Assembly (NCBI GenBank): GCA_025558095.1
Contig: JAIVFI010000011.1
Span: forward strand, 620,001 to 684,000
Source of the DNA: Hyaloraphidium curvatum SAG 235-1
Taxonomy: Eukaryota > Fungi > Monoblepharomycota
Direction of reading: 5' to 3'
DNA length: 64,000 nucleotides
Part shown: positions 37,592 to 50,752 of the stretch, one piece after another
How positions within the stretch are numbered: position 1 is the first letter of the stretch
How the letters are laid out: each line of letters starts with the position of its first letter
Notes under the pieces: model-generated
Database searches by the model: none
Seen by the model: the letters and a program-made list of their open reading frames with translations, nothing else
Told to the model about the DNA's origin: nothing
Program-made: the position numbers and the translations under genes

Positions 37592-39259
37592 CGTTCTGAA
37601 GTGTCACAGTTACTCCCGTGGCCCTCAGCACTGTCCACGATGCAAACACAACGGTCAGCGTGCCCACAAGCAGCCTCCTCGACAGCCCGCCAGTGACAGG
37701 CGTGCCCAGCAGTCTCGTCTCGGCACCGCGGACCTCGGCGAGCTCCGAAAGGACGGCGACGTGAGACGCGACCCGTCGGGCAATGCGGTCGCCCGCCGGT
37801 GTAGCTGGCTGCGTTGCTTCCACAGCGACGATCAGGCGCTTTAGTGAAAGGGCGGCGGAGCGTAGGAGTGCAGATGTCTGCGTGATGCGGGCGTTGCCGG
37901 CCACGGCGTTGACGAGGGCGTTCCCGAGGAGGACAGGGCCGAAGGCGCCGAGAACAATGGTGTAGATAGGAATGCAATTCCCGGTTGTCTGCGGCAACGA
38001 CTGATGGTTATGGCCTTTCAAGAAGCACTGCTCTGGCGACTCACAACGTAGACGACAATGGAGATCAGTTCAACGACAACTTGGACAGTCGAAACTGCAG
38101 CAGTTTGAGGCAGCACATTGTTCTGCCGCCAGCGAAAAGCAAGGAACGGCAGCAGCTCGGCGTACTGCGTCTCGGCGTCCGTCGCGGCGCTCTCGGCACC
38201 CGATTCAACCATGGTGCGGAAATGAGCCACGAGATTGTCCAAGGAGGACCGCACCGCGCGAAGCTGAAGCCGCCGGTCAAGGTCCCGAACAGCCAAGTTG
38301 TCAGTGAAGGCTGAGCCTCCCAAGACCGTTGTCAGTTCATGCGTGAATAATCCAACCGCGCTCAGGATACCGGCTACTGCCCAAGGAGAGAACCAGAGGT
38401 ATCGTCCGAGCGTCACCCAAAATGTGGAGAGCATGAAAAACTTGTACGTCACAGTCCACAGCCATAGGAAAACAGCAAGAGACATCCGGGCAAGTCCGGC
38501 TCGCTTAGCAATCATTCCCGCACATCTTGGGCGGGGGCAGCAGCAATCCTGGTCCTCTTCAACGTGCTTCAGGAGCAGAAGATCATGCGAAATGTTCGTC
38601 GTGCCCGGCAGCGGGGCAGTGGACCCGGATAGCTGGATGTACCTCCAAAAGCCGGCCTCCGGCCACGTGTCTAACGCTTCCTCGTGAAAAAGGCCGCTCT
38701 TATGCTTTTTCACTTCCGGATTCTCATCACCAGCACCGGACTCTTGTCCGGCTTTCGAGCCTGCGGAAATCCGTGCTGCGAGGATGGGTGCCAGAGGAAG
38801 TACGAAACCGTAGACAAGCGTTTGGAATGCAAAGACGGCAGTGGTTGCTGCAACCTGGGTTGCACCGAACATCCCTCTGCCTTCCGTCCACAGCATACCC
38901 GTAAGGAGAGTCAGAATGAGGTTGTCGCCAGCGACGCGAAAAATTGCCCGCGAGGCGAAGGGCGCCAGCGCCAGCGACGCGCGCGTCATGAAGAGGAGCA
39001 AACCGTCCGACGACGCCGCGTTAATCACCGCGGGAGGTCCGAGAGGGTCCGAAGCCCGGGCCTGCGCGGCGGGGTCCGTGGGCACGCGCTCGCCGACTTC
39101 GGCACGCAACGCGGCGGACGCCGGCAGAATACAGAGCCATTCTCGGGCATGCAGGCCTCCGAATAGCGGTGGTTTGGCCCCCGCGCCGGCGTTGTCAAGC
39201 TCCATTCCGAGTGCGAAGGAACGTTCCACGGTTCCACGGGATTGCGTGCCAAGCAACAT
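37578..39259 (-). CDS. Hypothetical multi-pass membrane protein (start and exons uncertain)
   Basis: ORFs 38018-39427 and 37578-38021 have several hydrophobic segments and are joinable by an intron at ~38043-37990. Confidence 0.55.
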
Positions 39260-39738
39260 GCGGCCAGCGGCCCGGCCGGTCGATTGATCGTGGTTGCTCC
39301 CACCCGCAACGAGGTAACGCATAAGCCATAAAAGTACCGTTGCGTTCTTCGTCGCAGAAGTAAAGGATCTTGGGTCGTTCGTGCGAAAACCGGCGGATGC
39401 GTGTTTGGTATGTTGAGCTCGCACCACCGAACCTGGTGCCGGAAAGGTGGATACCGAGGAAGTCGAATTCTGAGCGGGCTACGCCGGGGTAACCGAGGCG
39501 ATCGGCCCACGGAAGCTCACCTTGCCAGGATCAGGAGGAGGTTGGCTGATGACTTGATTGAGCACGCAGCCACGAAACGGAATGGAACTAGGCGGAGGTA
39601 CGGTGCAGTGATATTTATTGATATCCTCGACAAACGGGTGCTTCTGGCTGCTGCCGTGTGCTCTTCCTTTACATGGGGGACGCGGCACCGTAAATTGATG
39701 GCACTCCCGAATTTCCCGAATTCACCTTTCGCAGAAAG

Positions 39739-41100
39739 ATGGACAGTTCGTCCTCGGCATCGTCACTGGGCACCTCGTTGAATTCGTTGCCTCCTGACCG
39801 AGTGCACGCGGCTCCAAATGCCGAGGATCCCCGCGGAGCACCGGACGATGCGGCTGAACCTGCCGCCGCCACCGCGCCCTCGGGCGGCACGACGGTCCCT
39901 GTCTTGCCGCTGGAGATCATCGCCATGATTGCCGGTCATCTACCTTGCGTTGAGAGATTTGAGACAACAAAAGGCACGCGCAGGAACCTGGCCTTCGCGT
40001 GCTACGACTACTACACGCTCCTGCTGCCAAACCTCTATAAGAGGCTGTGCAGCCGAGACCTCTATTGCTACGTGAAAGGCGGCCAATTCAGCTTGCCTTG
40101 GTCCTGCAGGCCGCCAACGACTCGGCTCCTCCCACTTGGGTACAGTTACGTCGAGGATCTAACGGTTGGAGCTCATTGCGACTGGCTCGACACTGGATCT
40201 AGGGACCTCTTGGATTGCTTCTTGCTTGTAGTCTGCCACAACATGAAGCAACTTGCTCTTGTTGATCCTGCCGACGCTGTGTGCACCTTTTTGGTGAAGC
40301 ACGGCGGGTCCCAACTGCCTCAACTGGAGAAGCTGGCCATCGACTTCGGTGTACAAGCTTTCGCAGAAATTGGATCCTCCCTGCCAGGTAACCAACTTCC
40401 TCAAATTAAGCACCTCGTAATCTACGACAATGGAGTGGACGACTTTGATTTGGGGGCACTGGCAACATTTGATGGGCTGCTTCCGAAGTTGGAAACCATG
40501 TCTTTAGACATCACTGGTTTCGACGATGTGGATGGCTTTGGAGACTTTCCGGAGAGACTGGCGGCCACAATGGTCCACGTCGACATCGTCTACACGGACG
40601 AATTGCGCGAGTTGGTCCAAGCCAACCCTGCTTTCCGCCCGCGGCACGTCAGGAGCAACGTTGGCATCTACGAGGCCGAACCGGGCCCCACTTCTTGGCT
40701 TTTGGGCGCCGACTTCATCGAGCGACTGACGATTGCAAGGCTCGATTCCGTTGCCCTCCTCCCACGCGTCCCCAAAAGCCTGAAGGCCCTGGCCGTGGAA
40801 GAAAGCCTCACGGTGTGCTGCACGGAGCGCGGGAAACTGGAGACGTTGAAGAAATCCATGGCGAGAGTCAAGGACGTGGACGCCAATCTCTGTCTACCGA
40901 ACCACGTTTCGGAGCTCTCCGCGGATGAATTAGAGGTGCTTGCCGAGGAGGTCGAATTCTGGGTTAGCTTTTCCGGGGTCCGCGAAGGATCTCGGCGCAA
41001 AGATCTTGAACTTGCCAAGATCTGGGAGGAGCTAGCTGATTTGATCGAGCAGAGGGCCATGGAACAGGATGGGGACGAGTCTGACGATTGTGTGGAGTGA
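39739..41100 (+). CDS. F-box/RNI-like leucine-rich repeat protein
   Basis: F-box-like LPLEIIAMIAGHL followed by LPQLEKLAI, LPQIKHLVI, LPKLETMSL repeats; no introns. Confidence 0.7.
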   Translation: MDSSSSASSLGTSLNSLPPDRVHAAPNAEDPRGAPDDAAEPAAATAPSGGTTVPVLPLEIIAMIAGHLPCVERFETTKGTRRNLAFACYDYYTLLLPNLYKRLCSRDLYCYVKGGQFSLPWSCRPPTTRLLPLGYSYVEDLTVGAHCDWLDTGSRDLLDCFLLVVCHNMKQLALVDPADAVCTFLVKHGGSQLPQLEKLAIDFGVQAFAEIGSSLPGNQLPQIKHLVIYDNGVDDFDLGALATFDGLLPKLETMSLDITGFDDVDGFGDFPERLAATMVHVDIVYTDELRELVQANPAFRPRHVRSNVGIYEAEPGPTSWLLGADFIERLTIARLDSVALLPRVPKSLKALAVEESLTVCCTERGKLETLKKSMARVKDVDANLCLPNHVSELSADELEVLAEEVEFWVSFSGVREGSRRKDLELAKIWEELADLIEQRAMEQDGDESDDCVE

Positions 41101-41274
41101 GATATATCGAGGTCCCCGGCGAAACAGGTGCTTCTAGCTTCTGCCATGCTCTCGTGCCTGAGAAAGAGGATCTCGGTTCGTTGGGTTCGCAGCTGCGAGG
41201 TGATTGGCCAGGTGACTTTCCGGAGTCGAAATATAGACAGTGGGGCAGGAAAGCGTCCCCGAATTCCAAGCCCC

Positions 41275-44200
41275 ATGGACCCGTCGGAGGGCCTGGAATC
41301 CGAGTCCTTCATCGCGCTCGACGATGGCGACGCGTCCGAGGACGACGCCTTGCCGGGGAGCGGGCAGCCGGGCCGCACGCCGTCGCCCGGGGACGGGGGA
41401 GGCCTTTCGGGCGACGCGCTGCGGCGGGCGCTGGACGCGCGCGGCTACTACCAGGACTACGGCGGCGACTCGGCTGCGTTAATTGCCGCGCTATTCGCGG
41501 ACCTCGAGCGGGCGCGTGCGGCGGGCGGGGAGCGCGGGGACGACGGGGCCGACGGGGTCGGCAACGCGGGCGCGGACTCGCTCGCCGACGACCTGCGCGC
41601 CGAGACGGCGCGGCTGACTGTCGAGAACAACCGGCTGCACGACGAGCTGCTGCGCGAGATGGACGCGCGCGACGCCGACGCCGCGGCGCACCGCAGGGCG
41701 CTGCGCGAGCTGGAGGACGAGCTGGCCGGGCTGCGGCGCGCGGACGGCGGCGGCCGCGCCGCCGACATCGAGCGGGAGCGCGACGAGGCTGAGCGGCGCG
41801 CGCAGGCCGCGGAGGACCGCGCGTTCGACCTCGCGGAGCGGCTGGACAGGGCGCTGCGGTCGGCAGAGACCGTGTTCGCCGACGAGCGGCCCGCGAGGCG
41901 GCCGCGGGCCGACCTCTCGATGCTCTCGGAGCTCTCGATCGGCGGGGCCGGCGGCGCCCCGGACGGCAAGGCGCTGGAGGAGCGGGTGCGCCTGCTCGAG
42001 GCCGAGATCGCGGACCTGGACGCCGAGGCGGAGCAGCTCCGCGCGCAAAACGCCCGCCTGGCCGACGAGGCGGCTCGGCTGCGCGAGGAGCTCGGACACA
42101 GCGACGCGGAGCGGCGGCGGGCGCAGCAGATGCTCGCGGACCGGGCGTCCACGTCGCACGGCGCCTCGCACTCGCGGCTCGAGAACCTCGAGTCGCAGCT
42201 GGACAGGCTGCGGCAGCACGTCGTGGACCTCGAGGCCGAGCTGGCCGAGGCGCACGGCGCCAAGCGCAAGATGCAGGCGCAGCTGGACGAGCAGGCGAGG
42301 AAGGCTGCGGAGCAGCTGGCCGCCGAGAAGCGCAAGCTGGCCCCGCTGCAGGCCGACGTGGCGGGCGGCGAGACCGCCAAGCGCACCCAGGCCGACGCCC
42401 GGGAAGCCAGGGCGCACCCGGGACCGCAGCCCACGGTCGCAAGGGCAGCCAAGGTGCCGGCAAAGAGGACCATCGTGCCGGCGACCCGGCTTCCCGCCCC
42501 GACTCCCGCACCGGCCGCGGCGTCCTCAGCCTCGGCCCCTCCTCCGGCGGCCCCGGCCGACGCTCCCACGGACCTCAGCGCCAAGGACAAGATGCGGGCC
42601 GTGCAGGGCCTGCAGCGGGAGCTCGAGCAGCAGACCAACGAGCTGCGCGACCTCAAGCGCACCGTCGAAGGCAGGCCTTTCGCTCACGGCATCCTTTCTT
42701 TCACTCACCTCCATCCCATCCGGCAGCCCTGCGCACCGAAAACTCCCGCCTGCAGTGCCCCCCCGCCGCCTCCGCCTCGGCTTCCGCGGCCGCCGCCTCG
42801 GCCGCGGTCCAGGAGGCGCACGAGGACACGTACCGCATCCTCAAGGAGGAGGGCCGGCGCCTGCGCGCGCGGGTGGAGGAGCTGGAGCTGGAGCTGGGGG
42901 AGGCGAGGGAGGCGCTGCGCGCCGCGGAGGAGGAGGCGGCCGCGGGGAGGGAGGAGGCGGACCGGGCGAGGGACGAGGTGGGGAGGGCCGAGGCCGAGGC
43001 GGGGGGGCTGCGGAGGAGGGTGGAGGATGCGGAACGGGCGGCGGCGGAGGCGGAAGGGAGGGAGCGGGAGGCCGAGGACGCTAACGGGAAGCTGCGGAGG
43101 TGGGCTGGCTCGCATGGCAGGGGGCGAACTTTTACTGATCGTCCGATCCTCGAACAGCGACCTTGCGGCCTTGGAGCAGGCGCTCGAGGAGCAGCGCCGC
43201 GCGGCGCAGGACCTCGAGGACCGCATCGCTGGAATCGCCGCGGAGCGGGACGGCATCCTCAAGCTTTACGAGCAGCTGGCGGAACAGCCGGAGGTGGAGG
43301 CCCGGAGGGCGGTGGGAGAGGAGGGGAGGAGCATTGCGGCGCAGCCCGCACTGGAAGTGCCGTGGGTTTCTCGCATCGCCAGATGCCGATCGGAGTAGAA
43401 TGTGACGTGCGCCCCCTACCAGGCGGGAACAGGGTCCACCGGAAGCCCCGGGCTTCCAAGACCTCGACGGCTCCCTCGCCGAGCTCCAGGGCCGCCTGGA
43501 GCGGGAGGACGAAGCGCTGGCCCGGCTGCGGGAGCTCGCGTCGGACGGTGCGGCGCCCGAGCCGGACGCGCTGAGGAGCGAGCTCGCGGCGCTGCAGGCG
43601 TCCCACAGGGAGCAGCAGGGCTTGCTCGAGAGGCAGCGGGCGACGCTGAGGGATATGGATGCGGAGAGGAGGAGGCTGGGGGAGGAGCTGCAGGAGAGGG
43701 CGGTGCAGGCGGAGCAGCTTTCCGGTCCGTTGCACGCCGGTCGATCGAGTCGATGGATGCATCCTGACGCGGAATCTTGTCAGCGCTCCATCAACAGGCT
43801 GTGCAGCAGCTCGTGGCGCTCAGGCAGCAGATGGGCGCGCAGCCGCAGAATGCCGGCGATCCGCTGGGGCAGGTGGCCCAGCTGGTGGCCGAGAAGCAGG
43901 GCCTCTCCCTCCAGCTGCAGAAGGCCGCCAAGGACGCGGCCGCGGCCTCGGGCGACGTCGCCGCGCTGGCGCACGAGAACCAGGTGCTCGCGGCGCAGGT
44001 CGCGGGGCTCGCCCGCGACCGCGAGCTCATGCGGATGGACATCGACGCCGCCGAGGCCAAGATCAACCAGCTCCGGGAGACGCTGGCGATCAAGGAGGAC
44101 GGGCGGAACAAGGTCATGGCGAGCTACGGGCAGCTCGCTGCGACGAACGACAAGCTGCAAATGGAGGTCACGGAGCTCGCAAAGCGGAACGAGAGTCTAA

Positions 44201-45294
44201 GGTGGGACGCCACAGGGCCGAAAGCTAGCATTCGCCTTTGACCCTTCACCTCCTACAGGACCGAGATATCGAACTACCAAAGGACTCTCGGCCAGCTCGA
44301 AAACGCGCTCGCGTCGAGCGAGCAGCAGGTCGCCGACCGCGGCCTCGAGCTAGATAGGCTCAAGAGGGATCGGAACGACCTGGTCCACGAGCTCGAATCC
44401 CTCCGCGACCAGCTCAACCGGGCCCGCGGGGACCTCGCGCAGGCTGCGTCCGAGAAGGCGCTGGCGACCGAACAGGCTGCGGCAAAGTCCAAAGCCTTCG
44501 AAGTCGACAAGCTCGCGCTCGAAAGCCAACTCTCGTCCGAGGTGAGCTTCGCAACCGGAAGCCGTGGGAGCAAGTGACCGACGTCTCCGCAGCGAACGCG
44601 GGCAGACCGCTTCGAGTCCCTCATCACTCTGGAGAGAACCAGGAAGGAGAACGCGGAGCGAGCGCTCAAGGACATGGAAGCGTCCATGGGCAACCTCGCC
44701 AAGAAGCTGCAGACGCTGAACGGCCAGCATGCCGAAATGGTGTCGGCCTTGAACGACGAGATCCTGTCTCTCCGCGCGGACCAAGCAACGGCCGCGACGC
44801 GCATCGAGTCTCTGCAGTCCCAGCTGGTGCAGATCCAGGCGCTGCTCGACGACAGCCGAGACGAGGTCAAGCACAAGGAGCGCGTGATCGAGGAGCTGCT
44901 CGCAGCGCCGGGCGCGGATTCCAAAGGCCGAAGCGAGGTGGAACGCAGGATCTTGGCTGAGCTGGCGTCCACGAAGGAGCAGCTGCGAACCTATGAAGTG
45001 GGTGGCGAGGCGGAGCGTGCGGCGGCAGCATCCCCTGACGGCGGGGGGCGGCCACAGTCGAAAATCTCGCGACTGTCCCAATCGTCGCCCCACGCCCCTC
45101 TGGAGAACCGGAGAGGCTCCAACCAGCTTCACGAGCCCACGCCTTCCCGCTCTTTCGGCGGCGCGGGCATCACCACGCCTCGAAACCGCGCCAGCAAGCC
45201 TCCGGATGGCATGAAGCCTTCGGACAGCGCAGAAAGGAGGCACATCCTAAAGCAGGAACAGATGCGGCTCCAGTCGGATTTGCGCGGCCTATGA
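41275..45294 (+). CDS. CEP135: Large coiled-coil protein, Cep135/Bld10 (TSGA10)-like
   Basis: N-terminal LRRALDARGYYQ...AALIAALFADL and ETARLTVENNRLHDELLRE resemble the conserved Cep135 N-terminus. Long heptad-rich exons; about 6 introns, including a GC-AG intron at 42671-42726. Confidence 0.65.
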
Positions 45295-45307
45295 TGCGTC
45301 GCAGTGT

Positions 45308-47068
45308 TTATGTATCGTTCGGTGATTGCTGTTGTCGCGCAGCTGAGCCCGTGGCATCCGAGGACTCGCGCTGGTCCAACGCAACCTCCATCGGCAGGCG
45401 GAAGCTGACGCACATCATCTCCTTGTTCGGTGCCACGTCGCGCACCCTGTGCACCATAATGAGCCACGGCGAGTCCTTTCCGACCCTGTACCCCAGAACA
45501 CTGCTGATCTGATCGAGGACGTCGGATTCCGGGTCGTCCGCCTTTGAGAAGCAATGCACGTGGATCACGGGCAAATTGTCCGGCGTCAGCTCCCCGGCTC
45601 CTGTGTGCCCGGAGAGCAAGCCGCGGAAGGCGTCCAAAAAGAGCACGGCGGTGGCAGGAAGGTTCATCACGTAGTGGTGGAAGACGGTTCGCGGCCCAGC
45701 AAGGCTGGCCTCCAGCGCAATCTTGGCCTCTGCCAGCCGCACGGCGGAAGAATCCGGCTTCGAGCCACCACCGTTCACGATCGGTTGAAGGCGGTCGATC
45801 ACGGCTCTCGCCGCAGCCAGGTCTCTGGCTTTCCTCGCAGCCACAGTCCTGCGGTGCTCTTCCTCGTCCAGCAAATCGATGGAGCGCCGGATAAAGTCCC
45901 GGCCATCCATGTTGAAGGGGATCACGAGACCTTCGAGCTTGTTGGCGCGGATGTTGTGGCCGAGGTACTCGAAAGAGTGGGGATTCAGGTCGTTGGCAAA
46001 CACGACGCAGCCGTTCGTTTTCGCAGCCGGCAGCGCAAAGGGTCCCACGCCGGCAAAGACGTCGCAAACGTATTCCCCCGGCTTGAAGAGCTTGACGATC
46101 CGCTCGTGCTCCCCTTGGAGGCGCGAGTTCCAGTAGACTTTCGAGAAATCGAAGCGAAAGGTGCAGTTCGACTCGCGGAGCTCGGCTACCATGTCATCGT
46201 CCCCTGCGAGCACCTCCATTTGGAACGTCCGGTACGTGTCGTTGATGGTGTTGGACTTGTTGACCACGGAACGGATCGAGTTGTGTTTCTGGAAGTTATG
46301 ACATGAGCGGACCCCAGTTGCCTACTTGACAGGACCGACTCACACTCAGGATCACTTGGCCAATGATATGCTTGTACGGTTCATGTTCGTCTCTAAGATT
46401 GAAGTGCGCTGGTCATGGCGGTAAGCTCATTATTCGCGGGAAAGGTAGCAATGCCTCACCGATGTGCCCGACCTGCTCGAAGGACGCCGGAACGGTGACA
46501 TCCGCGGGAAGAATGGATGCCAAGATCTGTTCTGAGGTCCTTGTCGTGTCAGGAGGTTGATATTGTTGCAGACGAAGAGCTTCGCACCGGGCAGCCAGTA
46601 GTCGTAGTCCACGGTCACATCATAGGTGGTGGCTCGGCCCGCCGATAAGCGGGTAAGAACCTCGCTGATGGCGGTCTGTTGCTCCTGCCCCTCGTCGGGC
46701 CTGAGCAGAATCAACCTCGCAGATGCCCTTTCCGCATCCCCATTCAGGACCCCCGAAAGCTCGGACGCTTCACCGAAGGGAGAATCGGCAGCGACGACAT
46801 TGGGGAAGCGGGCCGCATGGAGCATGAAGCTGTACCAGCATCGCGTATCAGCGGAACCCCAGTTCTGCGGCCATGGGACCCACGGTTGGAGGGCCTTCAT
46901 GTAGGTCTGCACGAGAGCAGGATTCACGACGACAATTGCCGGCACACGGATGGTCGCCGCAAACTTAGTACGGTCCAGCACTTTCATGCCCTTGTTGGAG
47001 GGAAGTTCGAAGCAGAACCCGTCCCGCGCAGTCGTTCCCAGGGCTCGCGGCGCCCGTCTGGTGGCCAT
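45308..47068 (-). CDS. TRM5: tRNA (guanine37-N1)-methyltransferase Trm5 (Met-10+)
   Basis: FEQVGHI|AHFNLR, FDFSKVYWNSRL, DVFAGVGPFALP, ANDLNP, MNLPA motifs; multi-exon. Confidence 0.92.
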
Positions 47069-47245
47069 GACGGCCGGAGACAAGCGTGATGACTTTATAA
47101 ATGGCGATATGACCCCGGTGTAGCGCTCAAGACTGCGAAAAGGGAGAGGTCCCGCGCGGAGCATACATTTGTTTGGGCAGGCGTCGATCATGCGCCAGCA
47201 CCGAATAATCATCAATGTGACGGGCGTCCCTCATCGGGAGGGTCG

Positions 47246-50200
47246 ATGGGCGTCCCATCGTTGGTGCAGCTGGCTCGATTTCTTGATGACCTGGCGCATT
47301 ACCTGCGGAGCAGCCGAAATGCGTCCGACCCGAGTTGCCTGGCGGAACCTCTCCAGTTCTGGTGCTCCCCGGCCGCGCATTGTCGATGTTCGAACCTAAA
47401 GGAGTTCCGCGCCAGGTACAAACTGTGGTGGAAAGAGTACCGGCCTAGTGGCGAGACGGCCTTCGAGATGTTCCGTCTACTGGCGCCTGGCGAGGACGGC
47501 CTGCGCAAGTACGATATGCAGGAGTCCAAGCTTGTCAAGCACCTCGTGTCGATCTGGGGCTTTCGCGGGGAGGCTGAGCGGCTTCTGAAGGACTGGCGTC
47601 GGAATGGGGATGGTTCGTTCGTTGCTGGGGATCTGAGCACTGCGGTCTACTTGCTACTCAAGGAGCGGGTGCGTCGCTCCACGAGTGCCAGCAGCGGAGT
47701 TCTCATTTACGGCCGCTTCCAGGAATCGACACGGGAGCGCCAGCAACCGAGGCCGATGTCAATAAGCTCCGTCAACAACCTGCTTGATCACCTGGCGTCG
47801 CATTCGCGCTTCTCGGACGACGGGACGGGGAAGCCGCCGCCAAAGTCTGCGCTGAATCAGCGCCAGATCTTGGACAATCTGTTCGCAAACGCTTCGGCCG
47901 TGGAGGCTAAATGGCTCATCCGTATTTTGCTGAAGGACCTGTTTTGGACGACCGCTTTCCGGGAACCGATCGCCAAGGTTCTCATGGAGAACTTCCATTG
48001 CGCAATGTGGAGGATCTTTCAGGTTCGCAGCAGCTTGGAATTGACGTGCTCTGCGGTCGAGGAGCTGCTCTCTAACAAGGTCTTGAGCCGATCGGACGAT
48101 CCCACGCTGTGGGACCGCCATCTGAGCCCCTTAGTCGGGACGTGCGTCTCCGTGGGTGACGAGTTTGCATGAAGTGGCCGATCGGAAGTCTGATTACTTC
48201 GCAGATAATGGAGTGCGAGCAAGCGAGGTCCATTGGGCACTTCTTGCAGGCGTCCTTGAAGCGCAACTTCTCAGTATCCTTCCATGCGGAAATCAAGGAA
48301 GACGGGGAGCGTATGCAAATCCATATCAATCTTGCGCGACCGGAGAGGGAACAGATCACGATATTCTCCAAGAGCAAGCGGAACTCGACTTGGGATCGGC
48401 TGCTGAGCCACGACATCATCAGGGCCTCATTGGGCCTGCCCTCACCCACCTCACGCTCGGGCGGGCGGCCTCCGGCGCATTGCCCGTTCCTGGCTCGCGA
48501 TAGCTCCGTGAAGCAATCGCCTCCTGCGCGCCGGACGATCCGCCACAACGCAATACTGGAAGCGGAGCTGCTGACCTGGAACACGAGGTCTGATCGCATC
48601 GAGGAGTTCTCTGCCGTACGCGAGTTCCAGCGCAGCGGCTTTCGCAACCCGGACGTGCACTACTTTGTCTGCTTCTTTGACGTGCTATACTTGGACGACG
48701 AGAACCTGATGAGGCGTCCCTTGCTGGAGCGGCGGGATGTGCTGGTCTCGTTGATCGTCCCGATCCCGCGGTTTGCCCAGGTTGTAATAAGTCGCGAGTT
48801 TGCTTTGACACTTAGGGGAGCTGACGAGCTCAGCCACTACTTGGTGGATGTTTTGCTCGAGAGCAAAGAGGGACTCGTGCTGAAGCCGGCTGCCTCGCTG
48901 TATCGACCCGGAAAGTTCACGGGACACGGATGGTTCAAGCTGAAGAGGGACTACATCGTTGGCTTTTCCAGATTCGAGAAGGAATTTTCCGTGGTCGGAG
49001 GAAGCTATGGCGAACGCACTGCAGCTCGTTGCCATCCCCTGACCAAGCGGCCACTGCTGACGGTGTTTTGGCTCGCTTGCATGCTCAATAAGGAGGATGT
49101 CCTGCGTGCGGTGGGCTGTGGTTGCATTCGCTGGTCGCCATCTGCTTACAAGTCCTGTTTGGCAGCCCGGACGTGTCCGACCGCACCTCTTTTTGCTCCA
49201 GAGCGTTGCTTTTGGCCTTAGTCTTGACGATCTTGCCCTACTCAACGTCCAGCTCGAGTCGTCAGCCATCCCAATCGATTCCGTGGCATCCAAAGACCTG
49301 GATTATGACCTCACGAACTCGTTGTCTGGCTCGCGGATCGACTTCTTGTTCCCCACGCCGTTCGTTGTGGAAGTCCTTGGGTCGGACGAAGGCTTCCACC
49401 GCGAGGAAGGAAACTCTTTCTATTCCGTGCGTTTTCCGCGCATCAAGCGCGTGCGCAACGACGTTCAGTGGACCGACCAGGATTGCATGGGCTTTGCCGA
49501 ACTGCAATCGCTGGCTCGGAAAGCCCGGACTCCCTTGGCGGATGAACGAGAGTACGCTGCGGAGCGCGAACGCCTTCGGAAGCTGCTTGTGGATATCGAG
49601 TCCCGGACCAATCTGCGGCTTCCGGCCGCAGCAACAAAGCAGGATCCGGCTACCCCTACTGGTCACCACCTTTCGTCCGCGACGTCCAGTTCAAGCTCTA
49701 TATCAAATGATCGAGCAGTGGGCGTTGCAGTCTCTCCGATGACTGCTTCCAGGGAATCTCGAAACCAGGCTGAGCCCAGGAACCCCAAGAGGCCACGGTT
49801 CGGGTCTCTTTCGGACAGCAGCGCTCCTAACGACGAAGCTGCTCGACCGGGGGACGTCTTGGTGATCCTGTCATCCAGCAGTGAACTATCTCCCGCCGCT
49901 GCTGCATCCGTTTCGCTGAACAACGAAAACATTCCCACCAACTCCCCACCAAAGGATAGCTGTGAAAGTCAAAGCCAGGATCTGCAGCTTCCGTTGCTCA
50001 GCCCGAGGTCAGGTCACTCTGGCCCAATCTCGCCGAAGCCACGGCGACAGCAGGATCTCTCGGGCTTGGACGTCACCACACCCGGCAAGCCGGCAAGACC
50101 TGCTGCTGGTGTCGTATCTCCCTCTTTCGTTCTACGGCGGGAGGAAGAGAACTCCGTCCAGGAGCGCGACATTGCGGGCTCCGACGCCGTAGCTCCCGAG

Positions 50201-50749
50201 AACTCGTTGGCGTCATTGATCCGGCCAGGGATTCTGTGGGACCTGCGACATGCATATGTCTATGCCCCCACGACGGTGCGATGGTTGGGACCCGGATGTT
50301 TTGGCAGGGCTGGGAGCAGCAAGGTCTCCCCCGATGCTCCGAGCTTCGTCAGAGACATCGTCAAGCTGTTGATGGAGCTGGAATACGGTTCCTCCCTAGT
50401 GTTCACCTTGGACACCCTGTGCCTCGTTTGCGGATGGAAAGGGACCCAGGGCCCCATCGGGAACAGGACCGGGGTGGTGCTTGTGGACGGGGAGGTGGAC
50501 GGAGAGCTCATTGCGACGATTGGAAAGGCCCTCACGGACGTCGCTGCAACGCATGTGGCTCCTACGACTCCGCCGCATCCATTGCCGATCGCGATCTGGG
50601 ATTATCGAGTCCTGGGGCACCTCGGCGCGCTTAGCGGCGACAGCCACACGACGGAAGACCGGCACGAGGAGATGCTGGAGCTCCGGGAACGCTTTCTCGT
50701 CGAAGAGTATTCGCCGGTGGCCGACCTTTTCTGGAAGAACAGCTCTTGA
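47246..50749 (+). CDS. ATP-dependent DNA ligase (ligase IV-like catalytic core, long divergent C-terminus)
   Basis: DNA-binding domain EAKWLIRILLKDL; motif I EIKEDGER, III ILEAEL, IIIa FFDVL, IV EGLVLK, V WFKLKRDY, VI SVRFPR; about 4 introns. Confidence 0.85.
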
Positions 50750-50752
50750 AAT

